From NCBI RefSeq assembly GCF_009914755.1, contig NC_060926.1: DNA of 64,000 nucleotides. One strand, 5' to 3'. This document shows, one piece after another, positions 1 to 13,843 of the stretch (position 1 is its first letter; every line of letters begins with the position of its first letter). The DNA comes from the human T2T-CHM13v2.0 reference genome, Homo sapiens. The notes under the pieces are model-generated. The model made no database searches, had not been told where the DNA came from, and was given only the letters and a program-made list of their open reading frames with translations. The translations under genes and the position numbers were made by a program.

Positions 1-2891
1 ATGCAGTGAATTACATTTATTGATTTATATATGTCGAACCATTCTTGCATTGCAGGAATGAAACCTACTTGATCAGGGAATGAAATCTACTTGATCATTG
101 TGAATTAACTTTTTGATGTGCTAATGGATTCAGATTGTTAGTATTTTGTTGAGGATCTTGTGGCTATGTTCATTAGGGAAACTGGCTTGTGGTTTTCTCT
201 TTTTTGTTGTTTCTTTGCTAAGTTTTGTTGTCAGGGTGTTGCTGGCTTTGTAGAATAAGTTAGGGAGGAGTCCCTTCTCAATGTTTTGGAATAGTTTCTG
301 TAGAATTGGTACCAGCTCTTCTTTGTGCATCTGGTACAATCAGCAGTGAATCCATCTGGTCCAGGGCTTTCTTGGGTTGGTAGGTTTTTTATTAGTGATT
401 CAATTTCAAAAGTTGATATTGGCCTATTTAATGTTTTCATTTCTTCCTAACTAATCTTGGGAGGTTGTGTATTTTCAGAAATTTATCTGTTTCTTGTAGA
501 TCTTCTAGTTTGTGTGTGTAGAGGTGTTCATAATAGTCTTTGAGGATCTTTTGAGTTTCTGTGAGATTCGTTGTAATATCACCTTTGTCATTTCTGATTG
601 TGCCTATTTGGATCTTCTCTTTTTTTTACTTTGTTAACCTAGCTAGTGGTCTATCAATCTTGTTTATCCTTTCAAAAAACAAACTTTTGGTTTTATGGAT
701 TCTTTGTATGGATTTGGAGGTTTCAATTTCATTTAGTTTTGCTCTGATTTTAGTTATTTCTTTTCTTCTGCTGGCGTTGAGATTAATTTGTTGTTTTTTG
801 TAGTCCCTCTAGATGTGATGATAGATCATTAATTTGAGATCTTTCTAACTTTTTGAGGTAGGCACTTAGCGCTATAAACTTTGTTCTTAACACTGTTTTT
901 GCTGCATCCCAGAGGTTTTCAAAATGTTGTGTCTCTGTTTTCTTTTATTTCAAAAAACTTTTATTTATTCCTTGATTTTGTTGTTTACCCAAGTCATTCA
1001 AGAACAGGTTGTTAAATTTCCATGTAATTTTGTGGTTTTGAGATATCTTGGTATTGATTTATATTTTCATTCCACTGTGGACTGATAGTATGGTTGGTAT
1101 AATTTTGATTTTTTTGAATTTATTGAAATTTGCTTTAATGGCCAAGTATGTGGTAGATCTTGGAGTATGTTCTGTGTGCAGATGAGAGGAATGTATATTG
1201 TGGTTGATGGGTAGATTATTCTGTAGATGTCTGTTAAGTCCAGTTGGTCAGGTGTTGAGTTTAAGTCCAGAATTTCTTTGTTTTGTGCCTCAGTAATCTG
1301 TCTACTGGTGTCATTGGGGTGTTGAAGTCCCCCACTATTATTGTGTGGCTAAGTCTTTTTGTAGGTCTAGAAGTACTTGTTTTATGAATCAGGGTGCTCT
1401 AATGTTCAGTGTGTATATATGTTGTATAGTTAACTCTTATTGTTAAATTGAACTCTTTATCATGATGTAATGCTCTTCTTTGTCCTTTTTTACTTTGGTT
1501 TAAAGTCTGTTTTATCTGACATAAAAACAGTGACCCCTGCCTTTTTTTGTTTTCTGTTTGTGGGGTAGATCTTTCTCCAGCCCTTTACTTTGAACCTATG
1601 GGTGTCGTTATATGTGAGATGGGACTCTTAAAGACAGCAGACAGGTAAGTCTTGTTTTTTAATTCAACTTGCCACTCTGTGCCTTTTAAGTGAGACATTT
1701 AGGTCATTTACAGTCAAGGTTAATATTAATATGTGAGGTTTTAATCCTATCATGAAGTTGTTAGTTGGCTGCTATGTAGTTTGTACTGTGTGGTTGCTTT
1801 ATAGTGTTTGTGGGCTATATACTTATTTGCTTTTCATGGTAACAGGTATTGTTCTTTGGTTTCCATGTTTAAAACTCCCTTAGGCATCCCTTGTAAGGCC
1901 AGTATGTTGGTAATAAATACTGTTAGCACTTGCTTGACTGGAAAAAGATTTTATTTCTCCTTCACTTATGATTCTTAGTTTGGCAGGATATGAAGTTCTT
2001 CGTTGGAATTTCCTTTCTTTAAAAATGCTGAAAATAGGTCCTTGATCTCTCTTGGCTTATAAGGTTTCTGCTGATAATTCCACTGTTAGCTTGATGGGGT
2101 TCCCTTAGTCTGTGATGTGCCTTTTTTCTCTAGTTGCCTTTAATATTTTTTTCTTTAGCATTGACCTTAGGCAATCTGGTGCCTATATACCTTGGTGATG
2201 TTCATTTTTTGTAGTATCTCGCAGGTGTTCTCTGGATTTCTTGTATCTGGATGTCAACCTCTAGCAAAATTAGGGAAGTTTCCTTAAATTACTCTCTCAA
2301 ATATATTTTCTGGGTTGTTTACTTTTTCTCCTTCTCTCTCAGGAATGTCAAGAATTCATGTTTAGTTGCCTTAAATAATACCATATTTCTTAAAGGCCTT
2401 GTTTATTTTTTAAAATTCCTTTTTTTTTATTTTTGTCTGACTGGGTTTATTCAAAAGACTTGTCTTCAGGCTCTGAAATTCTTTCTTCTGCTTGGTCAAG
2501 TCTATTGATTAAAAGCTTTAAATTGTATTTTGAAGTTCTTAAATGAGTTTTTAATTCCAGGAGCTTTGATTGATTTCTTTTAAAGATATCTATTTCTTAT
2601 TTCATTTCCTGGATTGCTTTAGAAGTTTCTTTGTGTTGATTTTCAACCTTGTCTTGGATGTCATTGAGCTTCCTTGCAATCCATGCATTGAGTTCTTTAT
2701 CTGTCATTTCTGAGTTTCCATTTTGGTTAGGGATTATTGCTAGAGAGCTAGTGCGATCCCTTGGTGGTGCCACTACATTCAGATTTTTCAAGGTGCCAAA
2801 ATACTTGCACTGGTTCCTTTTCATCTGGAGATGCTGGCACTTCTAATTATTCTTATTATTTTCATGTAGACAGGATTTTTTTCTTTCTTCC

Positions 2892-3277
2892 TGTAATAGT
2901 CTGTTTTCACACTGCTGTAAAGAACTTACCCAAGACTGAATAATTTATGAAGGAGAAAGGTTTAATTGACTCACAGTTCAGCATGGTGAGGGAGGGCCTC
3001 AGGAAACTTACAGTCATGGTGGAAGGTGAAGGGGAAGCAAGGCACCTTCTTCATAAGGGGGCAGGAAGGAGAATGAACACACAAGGAACTACTAAACACC
3101 TATAAAACCATCAGATCTCGTGAGAACTCTCTATCATGAGAACAGCATGGGGGAAACGGCCCCCATGATTCAGTTACCTCCACCTGATCTCTCCCTTGAC
3201 ATGTGGGGATTATGGGGATTATAGGGATTACAATTCAAGATGAGATTTGGGTGGGGATACAAAGCCTAACCATATCA
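2892..3277 (-). mobile_element. THE1 (THE1C/D-like) MaLR solo LTR inserted in the L1 5'UTR
   Basis: Minus strand starts TGATATGGTTAGGCTTTGTATCCCCACCCAAATCTCATCTTGAATTG. TG...CA termini; 5-bp TSD cttcc/ctttc. Confidence 0.93.
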
Positions 3278-3789
3278 CTTTCTTTCCCTATAATATTATT
3301 ATTATCATTATTTTCTTCCCCTTTTCCTTTTTCCCCATTCTCTAGGGGGTGTGACTGTAGAGATTGCTGTGTAGGGTTTTGACTTTGCTTCTACAGCCGT
3401 GTGCACTTCTCTTGGCAGTGCTGTGGAGTTTATTGGGTTGTGGAGTTCAACCTATAAACCCATAGATGATGCTTAAAGGTAAGAGTTGGCTACAGGCAAT
3501 GTGGCTGGGCATGTATTTGATTCTTGTTTACTGGAAGAAGCTGATTGTTACCTCAGACAATGGGCTTAGTGGAATGTATAGTGGTCTGAGCTCCCTGCTC
3601 AGTCCCAAGACACTGGAGGCCACAAAGGGCAGGGCCATACTGGGCAGGTCCGCCTATAGGTCCCCCAGTGGTAGGCACTGGCACCAGTGCCAAGGTAGAG
3701 GTGTGCGTAGGCATAGAGCTAGGAAATCACCTTGTCTTCAAGTTCTCTGCACAGGGGTGGCCTAAACTTCTAACACAGGAGAATGGGAA

Positions 3790-4190
3790 CTCCAGATGTC
3801 TGGAGATCTGCCTGTGCATGTAGAGGAGAGGGCCCCCCTGTACCAGGATCTCTGCTTAGGAAGAGTGTGGTGGCTCAGGCTCCTGATCCAGGTGAGCTGG
3901 TTCTCTGAATGCCTGAAGATCTGCCTGGGGGTAAAGTAAAGCGGGTCACACTGCAGCATGATCTATGTCCAGGAAGAGTAGGGTGGCTCAGGTTGCTGAT
4001 CCAGATAAGCTGTACTCTGAATGCTTGTAGATCGGTTTGGACATGTAGTAGAGGGTGTCCCCCTGCATGAGGTTCTCTGCACAGAAGGATGGATCAGCTC
4101 AGGCTGCTGGTCCAGGCAAGCAGGTGCTCTGAATGCCTGGATTTCTGCCTGCAGGTGGAGCAGAGAGGGCCTCACTGCACCATGAACTCA
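3790..4190. repeat. Degenerate 112-bp tandem repeat (~3.5 units) within the L1 5'UTR
   Basis: CTCTGAATGC recurs at 3903, 4015 and 4127 (period 112), with similar GGCTCAGG..TGATCCAG blocks in each unit. Confidence 0.85.
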
Positions 4191-4900
4191 GGAGAACAGG
4201 GTGGGTCACCCAGCGATGGCACAGGCAGCTCAGTTCCAGGTTGCCAAGCTGGCCCTCACTAAAAGTCTCATTGCCCAGGAGAAACTGCAGCTGTAGCAGC
4301 TCTGCTCCTGCCCCCAGACTTGTGATGGGGGAGAAAACAATTCTAGCCTTACTGCTGAGGCACTTGCCACAGCTCTGGCTGTGGAAGCCCCTATTCCACT
4401 CCAGAGAAGGCATCCCAATCTCTGGCCCCAAACTAAAATGCCTACACAGCCACACTGCCAGGTTGCCAAGGAATGGCTGACTTTGTATGCACCCAGATTA
4501 AAAATGGCATCCTGTTCTCAGTCCTGGGTCTGGGAAAACGTCTGTAGTGTTTCCTTGTGTCTTTCCCTCACAGCATCCCCAAGCCTCTCCCCAAGTTTGT
4601 TCCAGGGCGTGGGAGAAACAAAGTGCTCTCCCTTGCCCTGGGTTGTTCGGTCCTTGGGGAAAGATGAGTCACAGAGGGAGGCTCTCTGCCTCTCTCACAT
4701 ACTGAGGCTTTACTCACTTTTATTTTACTTTTCATCAATCAGATGCTATCTTGGGAGCTGTTTGTTGGCATTCTCGCCTCTGGGATCTGGGGTGTCTTTG
4801 ACAATTCTGGTGGATTCCCATTTTCCTTCTTGAATTAAGAGATCACAGAGTTGATCTTTATGTACTATCTTGCTGTTTCCAAGTGGTTGAGGCATGCTGA

Positions 4901-5255
<355 letters not shown>

Positions 5256-5318
5256 TGCTTTTGTTTTCAATGGAATTTTATTTCAAATTTTACTCTGATT
5301 TATTAAAAATATCAAAAC

Positions 5319-5490
5319 CAGTAATTTTCAATCTTGGTTGCATGTTAGAATCACTTGGGATCTAATACTCAGCAATACACTAAAGCTCAGCCTCCATCAC
5401 CAGAATCTTTGGTTGAAGGTCCTGGAGACAGCAGCATTCTTCGCATTCTTTTTGGTGATTCTAATGTGCAGCCAAGGTTAAGGGCCAATG
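5319..5490. mobile_element. MER5A-like hAT-Charlie MITE
   Basis: CAGT..TTCAATCTTGGTTGCATGTTAGAATCAC ... GGTGATTCTAATGTGCAGCCAAGGTT: long imperfect terminal inverted repeats. Confidence 0.8.
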
Positions 5491-6811
5491 ATCTAAGTGA
5501 TACCTAAATGCTGTATTATACTTCAGACTCTAGGTTTGAAGAAAGCGTATGTAAACTGCACTGAATTTGTGCCATGAAAATCTGATTTACCATTGCCAAC
5601 TTTATGAAGATATGTTAGTTATTATACAACAGAAACTATGGGGAACAAGTAATACCAGCTGTTAACTGGAGAGGGACTGTTGTTTAAAGGTTTAAATAAA
5701 AAGTCTTTGTGGTGTTGAGGCTGAAACATTTGCAACCAACATCTCATTTAATGACCTATTTACCTACAATTTTGATCAGTTTATCTTTCTTTTTACTCTG
5801 ATGATGTAGACAGCGAGATCCTTTTACATTTGGATCGGATATATTGGGCATAACCTACTACTTCAGTAACCAGTGCTGCCAACTGTGTTTTATTGGAAGT
5901 TGATGGTGCGAACCAAAGGTGGCTGATTGTACAATAGAAATAAGTTATTGGGCTTAAATTGAGGCCATTCATTTAAAACCCAATAAATGCAGGATGTAAT
6001 TTTCCTGTATCTTTGTTTACAGACTTATCAAGTCACTTCTTAATCTCATTTATATAATGTCCGTGATTCCACCATCAAATAATTTCCCTCATGTGGCAAA
6101 ACTTCATTGGTTTGGAATTGGTAGTCCAATCATAGTTTTGGCGTGAAAACTCTTCTCATTTCCATTTAACCTTGCTTTCTAAGTTTTTTTCTCTCTTTTT
6201 TGTTTCTTTTTTTCCTGATTTTTTAAAAAATGAATTTTTTCCCTCTTTACTACTTTTTCATTAGTTTTTTCTTTAGTTAAGGATGTTGCTTATGGTTAAA
6301 AATTGTATTTGCACTGTTTTGCACCTCTCCCTATCTCCCTCCTTCTGTTCCTCCCTCTCTCCCTCCCTTCCTCCTTTTCTTCTTTTCTTCATCCCCTCTG
6401 TGTACTTATCAAGCACCCCCTTATGAGGATCTTTCAAGAGCTAATTGAGCTTTTACTTTAGAATGGAAATCAGTACTTTTCAAAAAACAACCACTTTTAG
6501 AAATACAAAAGGCAGAATAAACTGCAGTGAACTACACACCTTGAAATTAAACTTGGTGAATACGGCATATAGAAACCTAGCCAAGTTTTCTTTATTGGTG
6601 AAATGAAGAGGTAGGGCAGTGGGGGAGGTGGGCGGAGCAGGTCATGTCTGAATTTTCATGGATGCCAAATATTACTCTAAATAAATCACCAGGGAGAATT
6701 TTACCTACCTTAACTTTAGAGGCTGTACTTTATGCCTTATTCATAGATATCTCCTACCTTATTTATAAACACCTCCTAGGTTCCTTATATATTTACTGAA
6801 AGAGTTGGATT

Positions 6812-7030
6812 CAAGGGAGGATGAAGAGAAATGTGTTAAAGGTACAAACCTACAGTAAGATAGAAAGAATAAATTCCATGTGTGATAGCAGAGTTGGATG
6901 ACCATACTTAATAAAAATGTACTGTACTTGGATGATGTACACCTTGAATACCCTGACTTGATCACTACACATTATATATGTGTAAGAAAATTTCTCATAT
7001 ATCCCATAAATATATTTAATTTTGTTTTAA
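6812..7030 (+). mobile_element. L1MA 3' end fragment (L1MA2/3-like)
   Basis: L1MA 3'UTR text (TACCCTGACTTGATCACTACACATTATAT); flanked by TSD-like AGTTGGATT at 6803 and 7031. Confidence 0.8.
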
Positions 7031-7909
7031 AGTTGGATTTGATTCCCTTCCAGCTCTGGCTGTTGACAATTCTATGTGCAGTGCCTTTTTTTTTTTTTAA
7101 TTAGAGTTTATTTGGTAACCTCTTTACCAAGGTTTGCCACCAGAGAACAGGGGTAATAGTGATTCAATTCTGAGTAACTTCTAATTGTAACAGAAATAGT
7201 TATTCAAGAAAGGAGCTCCAAAGAAAGTCAATATGAGGAGTCCAAATCAGAGATGTCATGGAAGCAGGAAGTTTGCAAATAACATGAAGTAGGCCTTGAC
7301 TGTTCCCACTGTTTAAGATATGCTTGTCCAACTTTCATCCTGGATAACGCCTACACATCCTGCAGAGGTGGTCACTGACCTTCCTGAGCTCTAGAGCCTA
7401 GATTTGGAACTACTGCCTCTGAATTTCTTTCCATCATAAAAAATAACACATGATAGGAAAATAATTTCTGGGATCATTTTCTGACTCCTCCACTGAGATG
7501 GGATCAGGGATCGTATTTTTCAGCTCTGAAACACGCATCTAAGAAATTATGAAACATTATGAATGCTCAATAATTTTTTAAGCAAATGCATGAGTATCTA
7601 GATACTTAGTCTGGCTGGTATAACTGTTCACAGTTCCCCTCTGCAGGTGGCTGCTTCAGTACTGATGAACCAAGCACCTCACAGCCGTTTGCAATATAAA
7701 CTTTCAGTTATTGACATTGTCAAAGTTTTTCTCAACATTTCCCTAATGTAGCTTCTTCCGCATTTCAAGTTTTATGATTAACGTTTTATATTTTATGGCT
7801 AAACATTTTATTGTGCATTTTAAAATGTAATATAACACTACTATAACACTTTCTAAAGTTGATGTCATACTTTTAAAATGCAAACTATTTGCACATAGGT
7901 TACACATAC

Positions 7910-8120
7910 ATGGCTAGAGACTGTGGATTAGAGTAAAGAGCACCAGTTACTTCAGTAACCAGCGATTTGAACTAAAGCAAGCCTTTCCATTTTAGTTTTA
8001 AAATAGTAGCGAAAAACCGTGATTCCTTTAGTGGATGAGATGTGGTGCATCTTGTATGAGATAATGTATTAGAAGAGTTTGAAAACTATATTTAAATACC
8101 ACACAGTGTTAGCTATTGGT
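7910..8120 (+). mobile_element. MIR-family fragment
   Basis: Degenerate MIR core and tail (TGAGATAATGTA...GTTAGCTATT). Confidence 0.5.
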
Positions 8121-8539
8121 AAAATGGTGCTGTCTAATTATCTTTTCTGGATCCTTAAAGATAAGGAACTCTACTAGAAAGCATTCTTCCTCCCTGGGTG
8201 GTACAGATGCATGCCAGATAAACCTTGTTTACTGACACACCTCTCTTTTCCCTGAAAAAACTAACAAAAACATGGTAAGCATCATGTGCTCTCTCGGAAT
8301 TCTCAAGGGATCTTAAGGGTAATTTGGGCAATTTAAATTCTAAACTCTTATTTTTGAAACCCCTTCCTGATCCCCATCCACCCACTTCCTCACACATACT
8401 TCCTATATTCCCTGATTTACTTGGCAGAAACCATTATCCAGTCAGTTGCCCAAGTTATACACCTCTGATTTCTCTCCTCTCCCTTCCCTCATGCTGTCAG
8501 TCACTGGGTTCCTCCAGAATGTCTATCGTCTTGTCTCAC

Positions 8540-9405
8540 CTGCTCCATCCTTACTGCTGCTGCTCTCAGGCCAACCCTCAGCTTGTCTTTCTTGCATTAT
8601 TGCCATAGCGTTTGCTCAGTATTCCTCTTAGCATCTGGCCTTTTCTTTCTCTCATTGAAGCCAGCATTCATGCTGCTGCTTGGATGATGTTTTGATGTGA
8701 TCATCCCTCTCACCTGTTTAAAACCTCCATCTCACCAATTTTTCTGGGCTAAAAACCCAATATCCTCCATCTTGTCCCAAAAGTTTCCAAAAGGAGGTTG
8801 GTCTCCTTTTGTTTTTTTGAGCCCCATCTCCCTCCAAATCATCAGCAGTGTCCTCAGTCTCCTCCCACCACCACCACAGTAGCAGCTCACCATATGCTAA
8901 GTATTGTGCCGAGAATCAGTCATCTCATTTAACCTTTACCACAGTCAGGTGCAGAGGAAGAAATTGAGGCTTGGGGAAGTTTAGTAAAATTTGGGAAGCA
9001 AGGCTGCCAACTCAGCACCACTGAGATCTCAGAACCTCTGCTTTCTTGTCATTCTCCCCAAAGAACAGGAGCTCTAACTCCCAAGTGTTTGCCTATGCTG
9101 TTCTTTCTACCACAAATGCTCTTCCACCTACTCTGTTTGTCTACTTCCAACTCTCTTTTAACATTCTGCCCACATTCTGCTTCCCCAAGAATTCTTCCTG
9201 AACCAGCTCTTCCCTGACACAGAATTAATCACTCCCTAATAGCACTTTAGTGTAACTGTATTTAAACTTAACACCCTGTTTAGAGTTATTTACCTGTCTT
9301 CCTCTCTTAGGTGAAATTGTATCTTTTTTATAACCACCACTCCCTGGCACTAATAGAGTACCCATTACTTGGTACATGCTCAGTAAATATTTGAATTTAT
9401 TGTAT
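8540..9405. mobile_element. L2 fragments (+) with an intervening antisense MIR (~8880-9050)
   Basis: L2 3' motifs (TTTGCCTATGCTGTT, CCTGGCAC..AG, GCTCAGTAAATATTTG); MIR motif GAAGAAATTGAGGCTTGGGGAAGTT. Confidence 0.6.
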
Positions 9406-12400
9406 GTACAATTTCTCCTAGCCTGAAAAGTCAGGCCTGTGATGGATTGATTTGGGTAGCAATGGTAGGAACAAAGACTAGCTTTCACTAATAACTTGCT
9501 GATCAGGCAGCTGAGGGGCAGAGGGTTTATGGAAGCTTCCAAAGACCATACTGCTAGGAAATAACAAAATTGGGACTGGAAACAAGAAAGCATAACTTCA
9601 GAGATGCTGCCGTATTAGACACCTTTTTTTTCACCAAAATTGCTGACTTGGTGGACACCACTAGCACAGGTTTCTATCCAAAACAACCCTTTGACTACCA
9701 TCGAATTCCACTTTGCAGCTCGGCCTCAGGTTTCTTGGAGGATGAGGATTAAAAGGGTTCTATCAACCCATCTCCCCAATTTTCCAGCATATAAACACAG
9801 TAATGATTGAAAGGAGAACTGTTTATAAACTTTCATTTATATTCCTGGGAAACATATTTCAAGTAAAACAAATACTACCCAGTTTCTTAGCTCTTTTAAC
9901 TTTTTATCTTTCTTCATTGTATTGCATATTGCAGTTGAGAAGTCAAAACAGGTTAATTCCCTTCAAGGAGATGCTAAGCCTTTAAGTGGCTTTTGCTAAC
10001 TGACATAGACGAGACTTGAGATTGATACACAGTAGGAACTCTGGTTATCTTTTCTTCAGCAGGAATTTAGCAATGCCTTTCCTCAGTAGCACTAATGAAG
10101 TTCAGCTATGGTTTGAAACTGCTCTGGGTACCTGAGCAGGCCTTTTTTTTAAGATTGCACTGCTCACTCTTTATAAAGAACGTTCTTTATGGTAAAAAAA
10201 AAATTCTGCTTCCCAAACCCAGGTGATTAGATTACTGCAAATAGTGGTATTAATTTTATGGTGGGAAATCCAATAGAAAATGAGTGAAAACACACAAAAC
10301 AGTAGTATAAATAATGGTTCTTAATTGAAGGTGAGCAACAGAGTAACCCAGGAATATGTTTTCAAAATATGTAACAATGCAGCTATCTCCTGTTTTCTTT
10401 AGATTCTCAGTACACCTGGGATATCACCAGGTATTGAAATTTTTTTTTTCTGAAAGTTTTTGAAGTAATGATGACATACTATACTGGATTATAAATGTAA
10501 GTGATAGTCTCAAATCATGTTACTAGCCTTATACTGCTGTGAGATTTTCTCCTCTCATATCAAAGTCCATACAGTATCAGTGTCTGACATGCAAATTCAG
10601 CTTTCCAGTCAGGCTTGGGTCACACAAAATAGGAACTTACATCTTATTGTAAAGTATCCTTCCGCTTCTGGAATTAGAGAAGTCTTTAGCCAATCTTTCT
10701 TCTAATGGTGTTTCAAACTAGTTTTAGAAACTTAAACCATTTTTCCCCAAATAAAAGTAGCCCTAACTGTAAAATAGATGAAAGAGAAGACTGGATGAAG
10801 TCGAAGCTGCGTTAACTGTCTCTCACCTCCTCTGCCGCTTGAGTGACTCCTTGGTTGCTTTAGGGCTCTGTGGAACACAGATTTCAATACTGGTAGGTAG
10901 TCTCATCATATCATATCATATCATTTCATGGGTAAGGAAACTGCCTTGGAAACCAGTGTTAGAACCAGGGAGTCTTCATTGCTGGTCTGATGTACTTGGC
11001 ATTGTTGTATTTATTTAATTCTGCCAAGAGAGGGCATTAAAAGATATGGTAGGCTGTCATTGTTGTCATTAGCATTTTGATCAACAATATGCCATCCCTA
11101 AACTCAGATTTATGACACTGCTAGAATAAATAGAAAAATACATGTAAAATTAAATTAGTTTTATTATTGCATTAAAGAAACCATTTGATTTTGTCAGTTG
11201 GGAAAAATCTAATAAAATCAGATGTTACATTAATTAAGTAGAGTCATATAATGAAGCTTCAAAATTGTAAAATTGGATCTGGATAAGGCCCTGTAGAGGA
11301 GGCGATATGTTATCTCATCATATAAAGTCTCATTGTGGCTTCTCTTTTATACATTCAACTGCAAAATATCTTATTTGTGCCAAAAAAGACTGAGGGAAAT
11401 TACAAAGGGAAATGATGGTAAAGAAAACTGAGCCATTTAACTCAACATTATCTTCTTACTTTAGTAACCACTACACTTGCTGTAAAAACTTCGAAAGAGG
11501 GTCTGAATCAATTCGTTACTAATGAATCAATTTGTTACTTGCATATTTCATTTTAAATACACCTATTTACTAGTGAAATCATAGAATGTGCTTATTTACG
11601 TGCATTTAATTTAGGTTAAATAACTAAGCCATACAATACTGTGGTCATATTTTGTTTGGAAAAGGAAAAAAAAATAGTTAGTGTTAATCTCTACTGCCAG
11701 TCCTCCCACAAAAGGCTAAAAAGTTGCCTTACTTTGTGCATCTGGCAGAATACAGACTATTGCATTTCAAAATTTTATTTTCTTTATTTCATAATAGCAT
11801 TGAACGATATTTGAAAGGAACGTATGTAACTTAATGGAATGCCACCTATTACATCACTAATGGCATTTCCTAAAGATCAAAACTTGAATAAAAATATAAA
11901 ACAAATATTGAATGTTTTTGAATAGCGGGTGGCATTGGGCAGAGAGATAGCTTTCCTGTCGGCAGCATTAAATATCATTTCTCTAAAGGAGCATTCTAGA
12001 GATGGAGGAGACCTTCGGAGGCATTAGAATACTAAATCCTGCATTTATTGGGAGATGTAAAATGATGAGTGATATAGATATCACATATCCCTTAAAGGGA
12101 GAATGAATATGGTGTGTAATTCACTGATGAGTGTAAAATAAACTTTACCTGGTAGGATTTAAGACTGCCTTGAAATCCACTGAAGGTTTATGTGTTATCT
12201 GAGGGAAGAATCTGGCCTTAAATCATCAAACAAAAATAGCAAAATGTTTTGTTAAGACAAACCATCTGTTCCAAAGCGTCGGAAGGAGAAAGACTGAAGA
12301 AGTCTCCAGGAAGGCTCCTGGAGGTTCAGGGGTGGACAGATAGTCACATGGAGTTGATGCTCCCCTGGGCCTCACTCAAGTTCTTTTATTCCAGCCTAGT

Positions 12401-12524
12401 CAGCTTGAAGGGACTACCTGAGAATAAGAGAGTGAAAACACCTGAGGGTAAATATTCGTCCAAGTAACCAAGATTCCAGTGCTTAATAGCAAGGAAAAAG
12501 GAAAACAAATTGACCCTTGGTAGC

Positions 12525-12707
12525 CAAGGTTCTCAAGCCTAGCTACACAATAGAATCACCTGGGGAGTTTTGAAAAAAAGACTTAATGCTTCGCCTCACC
12601 CCAGGTCAATTAAATCAAAGTCCCTGGCAGATGATGAATAGGCAATAGAAGGATTTGTTTAAAACTCAGCAGGTGATTCAGTGTGTAGCCAGTCTTGAGA
12701 ACTTCTG
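12525..12707. mobile_element. MER5A-like hAT MITE
   Basis: GGTTCTCAAG..AGAATCACCTGGGGAG ... CAGGTGATTC..TTGAGAACTTCTG terminal inverted repeats. Confidence 0.82.
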
Positions 12708-13656
12708 TACTATAATAAGAATACAATAGCAATTCTTCCACAAGAACCAAGAAAAGCCATCTCTACAATAAAACCATATACTGATATTTGACACATTTGA
12801 CTTCTGCAAATGTAACTAAAGGACATGGAGGTCTTAACCCCTAAGGAAGAATCCATCTGTTTCTTTTGTGGACAAAATAATTTCCTAGAGTGTAAATTAT
12901 CTTTTTTTTCCTTTTAAATTCTGGGAGAGACATTTCCAAGAATATATCAGCTTTTTGGCTGGCAGGAAGAAGTCACAATCTGGTTACAAAGAGAGCCAGT
13001 ATATTATATAAGAACAACTTGTCATAGACTAAATTCTGTGCTTCTGGTGTGCACATGAATATTTTTGATGGTGAAGCCAAGGCTTAGATTATTTTTTCCC
13101 ATAGCCAGAAGTGTTGGATAAAAGATTTTGTCTATGTTCAGTATCATAGTTCTTAAATTTGCAAGTCAGCGAACAAATTCAGATGCATAGACATCAGTAG
13201 GTTCATTCAGTAGAAAGCAAAGAAAAATAAAAATGTCAATGAATCAACCACTAATTGGGCCCAGGTGATTATTAGTGGCTTGGTGCCATTTTGTCATTTC
13301 AATGTGGGTATGAGTAACTGCAATGCCTGAAGGAAACGACTACCCTAAAAAGAGTGTCTGCTGGAGAATGCCTTCAATTACCCAACTTGCTGATGCTACC
13401 GCTGTTAGGGAGATCAACCAAATACTTCAAGGCACAATAGAGGGCAGCCTAAGTACCAGGAATATCCAGTTCCATGAACAGGCCTCCGAAATGGGGAATT
13501 TTAGGTGATGGTAGGGTGAACTAGAATTGCATGACAGTTATAGGAAATTTGTTTATTTGCCAGAGGACCCTAGTCAGAGGCCCATGGTATGAGATGCAAA
13601 GCCTAGCCACCTACAGAAAAAGAGGATGGCCAGGTGAATTATCAAGAGAACATACT

Positions 13657-13843
13657 GGCCGGGCAGGGTGTCTCATGCCTATAGTCCCAGTGCTTTGGGA
13701 GGCCAAGGCTGGGGGATTGCTTGAGCCAGAAGATGGAGGCTGCATGGAGCTGTGATTGTGCCACTGCACTCTAGCCTGGGTGACAGAGGGATACCCTGTC
13801 CAAAAAAAAAAAAAAACAAAAAAAAAAAAGAAAGAAAAGAAAA
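13657..13843 (+). mobile_element. Monomeric Alu (FRAM/FAM-like) with A-rich tail
   Basis: Single ~145-bp arm GGCCGGGC...GCCACTGCACTCTAGCCTGGGTGACAGAG followed by poly(A). Confidence 0.85.

Noticed and set aside
130-2824. ORFs with L1 ORF1p/ORF2p similarity (also 33286-34221 and 34985-35813)
   Set aside because: Broken fragments of dead L1 copies, not genes.
7640-7653. CTCF-like TCTGCAGGTGGCTG (and CTGCAGGGGCGCC at ~56022)
   Set aside because: Mismatches at core positions; not supportable without ChIP data.
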